64,000 nucleotides of DNA, from NCBI GenBank assembly GCA_026026165.1, contig JAPEUD010000100.1, positions 1 to 64,000 on the forward strand, written 5' to 3'. The notes beneath the pieces are model-generated. The model was given only the letters and a program-made list of their open reading frames with translations, did not search any database and was not told the DNA's origin. Origin of the DNA: Sarea resinae (Eukaryota). Position 1 is the first letter of the stretch, and each line of letters begins with the position of its first letter. A program made the position numbers and the translations under genes. This document shows positions 57,071-64,000 of the stretch, piece by piece.

Positions 57071-60000
57071 ATGGCCACTGACGCGTCCGCAGAGGCGGTC
57101 GGAGCTTCCCGAGCCTCGCAGCAGCAAACCCGTAGCTCGCCGTCCACCAGTGCCAAGCAGGACAGAGGGCTCTTCCAGTGCGCCGAATGCAAGCGCAGCT
57201 ATACAAGGCTGGACCATCTCGCACGACATGTCCGCTCCCGTGAGTGAGGTGCCGTCAATGGATTATCACACACTGACGACGCTTGTAGATACGCAAGAGA
57301 AGCCGTTTGTATGCCAGTTCTGCTCTAAAGGCTTCACCAGACCGTATGTATCCATCCCGAGAGACCTGATAACAACGTGCTAATCTTCAACGGCACCCAG
57401 AGATCTCCTCAAACGCCATACCGTGGGCCATGACCCGGGCAGTGACAACAAGCGGCAAAAGCGACAGCATCCATATCGCAACTATCGAGTGTCGAGGGCA
57501 TGTGAGGCTTGTGCGAGGGCGAAGATGAAATGCGAAGAGAATAGACCGTGCGGCACCTGCAGGCGAAGGGGCATCTCATGCGAGTCCGAGCCCGGGATCG
57601 ACAGCACCTCGAGGGACGACTGTCTGGCGATGCCAGCAAGCGGTGAGGATAGTTCGCGACCGAGTAGTACGGAGGTGGTACTGACACGTCGAAAAGATGA
57701 AATACCGGATTGGACTCGTACTTCACATTCCTCTTCCCAGACTCAGATGGCAGTCAATGAATACGATGACACGGACAGTCTTGAGACGATCCAATTGCAA
57801 ACTCCAGCCACATTAGTGCAAGGCAAGAGCCCTCTGCGTCCCGAGATCTGAACTCCATCTAATTCCTTGCCACTGATAGACGAAGATAGAGTTCTGATGG
57901 CGAATGGGAACTTCAGTCACCCCCCGAATAACCCCAGTGATGCGACGACGGCGCACCATTTCGATGCCAATCTCTTAAGGAGCGATCAAGGTGCCCACGA
58001 TCCGTCGTACAATCATTACGATATTGCCAATTTTGGATCGGAGATGAGTCTGGACCTCAACGATATAGATTTTGGCTTCCTGGACGCCCTCAACGGGAGC
58101 ACACCGTTCACGATCGACCCCGCGCAGGACAACGGTGAGGCATCCGAGAGACAAGGCTGTTCGAGTGCGCCCAGAGGGCTTATGCAGCGGATAGAAGCTT
58201 ACAAGAAATCTGGACTTACGCCATGGAATCCCGGCCATCAGGACAATGGGTTTTCGCACCAAAAGCATCTTTCCCTGCCGTCTCACATGGCGAACGAGCC
58301 AGGTTCCAACTTACACGAGATACATGGGCTAGGCCCTGTTGTCGAAGGACTGAAGCCGGGCTCCAGGGATAACATACTTGCAATGATCTTGAGCGGATGC
58401 AAACCTCGCGAGGCCCGTCGAATTGTGTCATCGTTCCCGTCAAACTCGCTATTGGACAGTCTCATGCAGTACTTCTTTGCAACTCAAAAGTCCCAGGTAG
58501 ACTCTTGGATTCACGTTCCCACATTTCGGCCGAACTCGACGAAGCCCGAGCTTGTCGGTGCCATCATTGCCGCTGGCGCCATTCTGACACCTATACTAAC
58601 TATACGGAAATTGGGGTTCGCGTTACAAGAAGCAGTACGGATTGGGATTTGTCAGCTAGTAAATCTTCCTCTTCAAGGCCGATGACGGTATTCTAATGCT
58701 ACGCAGTTTGAGGAGGATAATTCTTTAACCAGAGAGCTTCAGATACTTCAAGGTTATGTTCTCCAGTTAGATCTCGGCCTCTGGAGCGGATGCAAACGAA
58801 AGATGGAATTGGCAGAAAGCTTTGAACAGCCCTTGCTTACTGTATGTGTCGAAACGATTGGTCTACCGTCGCTGACTCGATCTAGATGTTACGTCGAGCG
58901 GGCCGATTCCGCCGATCCACCGAATCTTCCTTTGTGCCCTTATCCTCGGACGAGGGCGAGATCCTTGAGGCGAAGTGGCATCAGTGGGCTAAGCATGAGT
59001 CTTTCAAAAGGTAAGCAATGCCGTCAAAGTGTGTCACCTTCTAAGTTGTATATAGGCTCGTGTTCCATCTGTTCATTCACGATGCCCAGTCGTCAATATC
59101 GTTACTTGTGAACCCACTCATTTCCTATGCGGAACTGGCTCTTCAATTGCCCGACTCTCGAGACCTTTGGGACGCAGAGGACGCTACGCGATGGAAGGGC
59201 TTATATCTCTCGAAGATGCGCAACAATGATGAGAAAAGTCTATCGGCGGTTGATTGTATTCACGATTTGTCCTATCTCGGCGCATACCACGAGCGAATTG
59301 ATTTGCCCTTGTCTACTATGATCGTACTGCACAGCCTCTGGGGGTTGATATGGGAGTATCGTCAATTGAACTCCATCTTAAAAAGTCAGCCTTCGGTATG
59401 GAACGGGCTAGTACTCGATTCCCGTTATCAAGAGCTCTGTCAGGTGGTGAAGAATTCTCGCCTAAGCTACTCTGCATGGAGCGAACACCATCAACGTCCG
59501 GAGATTGACATGTTTCTTGAGCTATTGCTCATGCATCTCGACATGTCCTTTGACGACATCCAGCTCTTTGCCGGAAAAGAAGATCGTGAAGAGGCTTGGA
59601 GAGTGATCCCGTCGTTGCGGCAATGGGTGTCGAGTCCCCGATCTCTTCGGGCAATATGGCATGCTGGCCAGCTTGTGCGAGCCGCCAATCTGTTCCCGGC
59701 AAAGGCCCTACGGGACTTTTATTCAATCTGTGTCTATCAGGCTAGCTTGGCGTTCTGGGCATATTGTGTCTTATCTCGCAGCACGAAAGAGAAAAGCGGC
59801 GATGAAGGTGATGGAAACGGTTGTCGCATGACTGCGACCGATTCTCCATATATCTATCTCGACGGCCCAGATTCGCCCGATGTCCAACGATTCATCGCAC
59901 AGCAGCACGGGACACCCAGTCTTTCAGGTCTGCCATGTGATGAGAGGGTCACGGACGGTGCAAGACTCCCTTCTGTACCTTTGGACGATTCACCCAAAGT

Positions 60001-60124
60001 GATAGAGATGCTCTGCACAATCCTGCGGCGTAATTGTGGCGACGAGCCTGTTCCACCACTGGTTGGAAACTTGATAGATCTGATGCAGGATCTCGGTGCA
60101 GCGGCCACCGAGTCTTACTCGTGA
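57071..60124 (+). CDS. Transcription factor with two C2H2 fingers, a Zn2Cys6 cluster and a fungal TF domain
   Basis: [66 protein letters not shown]...C; SWIHVPTF; multiple short introns. Confidence 0.9.
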
Positions 60125-60747
60125 GAGTGTCTGGCGTTGATTATAGATGGCGCATGGGAAATGAGATGGGATGTATTGTTTGGCACGCGACTCAGGCTCG
60201 GGCAATGGAAATCTTAGCAGAACAGCGCGCGCTTGATCGCTGTTTATCTAAATTCAAGTCATCAAATCCACGAACCTGCAATCTGACCCGCGAACTCGCC
60301 AACCATGTGACTCCCCTCGAACGGTAATGCTACTATAAGAATACTTCGTTCGTTGTAATCTTACTTATATTAAAATAGTCAATAATTTCTCAATGACTGA
60401 ATCAACAACAAGAACACAACTAGGTATAGTCCAACATTACTCAAAACAAAAAACAAAACCAAATTTATCCTCGTGGGACTTTTAACGGAATGTACTTATC
60501 AAGACTGTATTTTCTAATCTGTACGCAAGTTACTAGGGTGCGTGTAAGTTACTAGAGACTAAGAATATTTATCGCACATTGTCTAATTAATTTAAATTTA
60601 GAAGCTAAGAAGGTGCCAATTAATCTGCCCACCCAATAAAGACAATCACTGCGCATAAATTTAAGCCTATTTGCCGTTGTTTGCTTTCCTTTCTTCCTTA
60701 AGCAGCAAATTAGCACGAAACTCCAACGCTCGAGTGCTACACGTACT

Positions 60748-62131
60748 CTAACTATCTAACTCTCTCCACAATGCTCTGAAACGAGCCACTAAGCCCACGT
60801 CAGACACAAACCCCGTTTCGAGAATTTCCAGTGGCCGGACCCATCCTCGAGACCGTAATGCTAGCACCGCCCCCTTCAGCGTAGCCATGAACCACGCCCT
60901 ATCCTGTGAGCCTTCACCTGCCGCAACGGCCCCCAACATCAGTTGACATGAAGTCAGAGTCATGAACAAGCATGGTCTGACTGGGAGCTGGCACCATGCT
61001 TCCCTGAGCTCGCCAGCGAGGAGTGTGAGATTTGCCTCTGGCTGCGGACACCAGGATAGATGGAGAATCAACTCGATCGCTCGTGAAGTTGCTTGGACAA
61101 ACGGATTATCATCGAATCGAAGGGCTCGAGCCTGGCATAATAAGCTGTTCCACCACTTCTCGATTTCTTTGGCCTGAATGTCCGAGCCCGATGAATATTT
61201 GCGATGCCTATCTATCGACTTTCGCAACTGGACGAGGTTGTCGGAGATGTTCGCCACAATACAGATTGGCTGGCTGCCATAAGGACGTATCTTGTCGATG
61301 ATTTTCCTGTGATATGCCAAAGGAAAGTTAAAAACATCGTTTGTAGAATCCCTGGCAAGTTCGTTTAGCTTTGCCTCGATGCAGCAAAGGATATACAGAC
61401 AAAAGGAGGAAATTACATAGCACTGGCGGCACATCAAATTCGCCCTGAGAGCGTCTCTCTGTGATGAGATTGGCAAGGCCATCAACATGAATGTTCCAAA
61501 GAAGGTCATTATGCATCAAGCGCTCTCCGATGGCCATGCTGAGCACTGCCCCAAGAACAGCACCAGTGTGAGCTGTTTCAGATGTGATGTGCTGGACAAT
61601 GAGATTGGCAGCCTTGCACGAGTGGGCCACGGCTTTCTCTTGACATGACGCATCTGGCGACCAGTGCCGGATGCCTATGGCCATGGACACCTCGGCAAGG
61701 GCTGCTTCCGAGACCAGCAGCTGGATCCAGGCTTCTTCATCGGGACTGCTGGGATAATTACCACCGTCCAGAAAAACCAGCGACCAGAATCTCGCAACTA
61801 CAGAAGATTAGCGGCGTATGTGGCCGACCGAGCTCGACCTCGAGGAATCCTTACGGAACTGGGCGTAGCGATACGGATCTTTTGGGGGTGTTGCGAGCGG
61901 CAAGTCTGTTAGCAGAGCATCGGCGGCTCCGTCCTGTGCCAGTTGCCTCTGCCCAATCCGCGCAAGTACACCCCTCTTCGCTTTTTCTTTTGCGGCTTCA
62001 TTTCCGATGATCCGCTGGCGTCTGTTCGCAAAATTCGTCTTGGTGATGTGCGCCCGCATCAGCTTCGCGTCGGATCGAGATAGCGCCGGCGTACCGGTTG
62101 CATTGAGGAATGTGAAGCTCGTTGTGCTCAT
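60748..62131 (-). CDS. Fungal TF-domain-like protein lacking a visible Zn cluster
   Basis: MSTTSFTFLNATG...MRAHITKTNFANRRQR N-terminus, WNIHVDGL; three exons join in frame (introns ~61854-61798 and 61399-61352). Confidence 0.6.
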
Positions 62132-62581
62132 TCTCACTGCCTGCTTTAGGAAAATCAACTTCAGGGTGGTTTATTCCACGGAGTGATGTGGAGCTGTTGA
62201 TATGCCATGTCTGGATGAGGACAATCAATTGATAAGCTCTAGGCGATTAGTGATCGGCAGTGCCCTACAAACGCGGACTCGGATACAGTCGCGTTTGACC
62301 CGGTTAGGAAAATCAGATTCAGACACGCGAGTGGATAGCTTCAACCTAGCGGTAGGCCCGTTGACGGCGACATGTACATACAATACCCACCTTGAACATG
62401 GGCTCGACTGACACAAGTCGCCGACATTTCATCGCTTTGGCGGATGGCCACGATAATAATATATCCCACATGGACATGTATTTATACCTCGGGACACCCG
62501 TGGAGATGTGACTCTCCTGGTCAGGCTATTTGCAGACTTCTAATCGCAAGACTACATTACAATCAACTACAAGTCAATATC

Positions 62582-63718
62582 ATGTCTAGACAATGGATCC
62601 TTGCGAGCCAGGAAGGCTTTGAGGCTTCTCTGCAATATCAGGAGAATGTCAGAATACCATCTCAAGATGAGCTTGGCTCCAATGGGGTCCTCGTGAAAAT
62701 CCATGCCGCCAGCCTCAATTATCGCGAGCTCTCAATCGCAGATCCAAAGGCTAGTAGACTACCATGCTCAGAGTACTTAAGTGCGTGCTGACTCTCTCAC
62801 CGTAACCAGGGTGTCAACGGACCAATCCAGCCCCCTATCATACCGGCATGCGACGGTGCAGGAGTCGTTCTAGTAATCGGATCATCTGTCCAGGAGTTCC
62901 AGCCCGGAGACCGAGTCGTCACACATTCAGCACCGAAGCTTGTGGAATCTAGCGGAGACAATGCGTCCGCAACTCTCGCAGATGCTCCTTTTATGCTGGG
63001 TCAAGGAACAGATGGAACATTGCGTTCCATTGGTATCTTTGCAGAAAAAGCTCTCGTCCACGCCCCTGCATCTTTGAGTTGGCTGCCGGCGGCGACGCTA
63101 TCGTGCACATGGGCGACGGCGTGGAACGCACTCTTTGGAGTAGAAGGCAGAAAGGCCGGGCCGGGTATGTGGGTTCTTGTTCAGGGATCAGGCGGCGTGA
63201 GTGTCGCCACGCTTCAGCTCGCAGCAGCGGCTGGGGCTACGGTAGTGGCCACCACGTCGACCGGGGAAAAAGAAGCCCGTCTGAGGGCGCTTGGAGCGAC
63301 GCACACGGTCAACTATCGCTCAATTCCCGATAGCTGGAGCCAAAAGGCTCGAAGCCTGACACCAGGCGGCATAGGGTTCGATATCGTCGTCGATATTGGT
63401 GGCAACCAGACACTGTCCCAGTCTTTGGCGGCCGTGCGTGTTGATGGGCTTGTGATATTGGTTGGAGCTGTGGGCGAAGACACGGCACCAGTTCCTCTGT
63501 CCGCGGCCTTCATGCATACTTGCATGGTGCGTGGCCTGCTTTGTGGGAGTCGGGCTCAGTTGAAGCAACTTGTGCGCTACATTGACGAGAAGGATATCCA
63601 GCCCGCTGTGGATGACGTCGTTTTCGAGCTTGCAGAGGCTAAGGATGCTTATAGACGCTTGAAGGAGAAGAAGCATTTCTCCAAGGTCGTTATACGGATT
63701 GAGCATCCAGACGCATGA
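62582..63718 (+). CDS. MDR-family (zinc-type alcohol dehydrogenase-like) NAD(P)H oxidoreductase
   Basis: VLVKIHAASLNYRE; PACDGAGVV; AATLSCTWATAWNAL; VLVQGSGGVS; HFSKVVI; intron 62750-62809. Confidence 0.88.
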
Positions 63719-64000
63719 CGGTCAAAGGTCTAGCGTAATAGCAAACAACGTATGTCAATTGATCAGATTGCTAGTCTTACACCGAAACAGGTGTGCTCTC
63801 TTTCCTGCGCGTCTCCTCTTTCAGCCACTCAGCTAAAGTTTAGCACAAACGCATTGATTGGGTCTCGCAGCTTGAGATCGGGCTGGTGATTAGCTGACTG
63901 AGGCGGTGTGCTTGTAGGGCATCGCGATGTGGCGATGATATAAGGCCGTGTGCGATGTAGAAGTCGACGACCTGATGTTGAAATCGTTGGAGATGACGGT

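Noticed and set aside
41102..60124. Secondary-metabolite biosynthetic cluster
   Set aside because: No PKS, NRPS, terpene cyclase or prenyltransferase in the window; the enzyme set fits catabolism better, though a distant backbone gene cannot be excluded
19874..64000. Starship or other giant mobile element
   Set aside because: No DUF3435 tyrosine recombinase, transposase or terminal repeats are visible in this window

Overview
Eukaryotic DNA from a filamentous ascomycete: short GT-AG introns with CTRAY branch points, plus Zn2Cys6 regulators. No tRNA, rRNA, CRISPR array or intact transposon was recognised. The first 20 kb is a housekeeping block: the 3' exon of a hypothetical gene, UTP8, ELG1, MVP1, a mitochondrial-type single-pass protein and CAND1. 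From about 20 kb the window looks accessory. It holds two small secreted Cys-rich proteins and an IFI27/ISG12-like protein that the ORF track misses or truncates. It also holds an FAD monooxygenase, a cyanide hydratase-like nitrilase with a divergent Zn2Cys6 TF, a salicylate hydroxylase-like gene, a MetAP2 paralogue, an RNAi RdRP, a Dal5-type permease and a methyltransferase. The best candidate for a poorly described system is the 44.5-60.1 kb cluster. It encodes a CocE/NonD hydrolase, an FAD monooxygenase fused to an acetoacetate decarboxylase-like domain, a cupin, a small unknown protein, a LigB-type dioxygenase, a degenerate membrane-anchored ALDH and a C2H2+Zn2Cys6 TF. Several of its promoters share tandem TTCCCCAC/GTGGGGAA boxes that fit the TF's own finger code. 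All calls come from reading motifs by eye, exon boundaries are manual predictions, and no database search was run.
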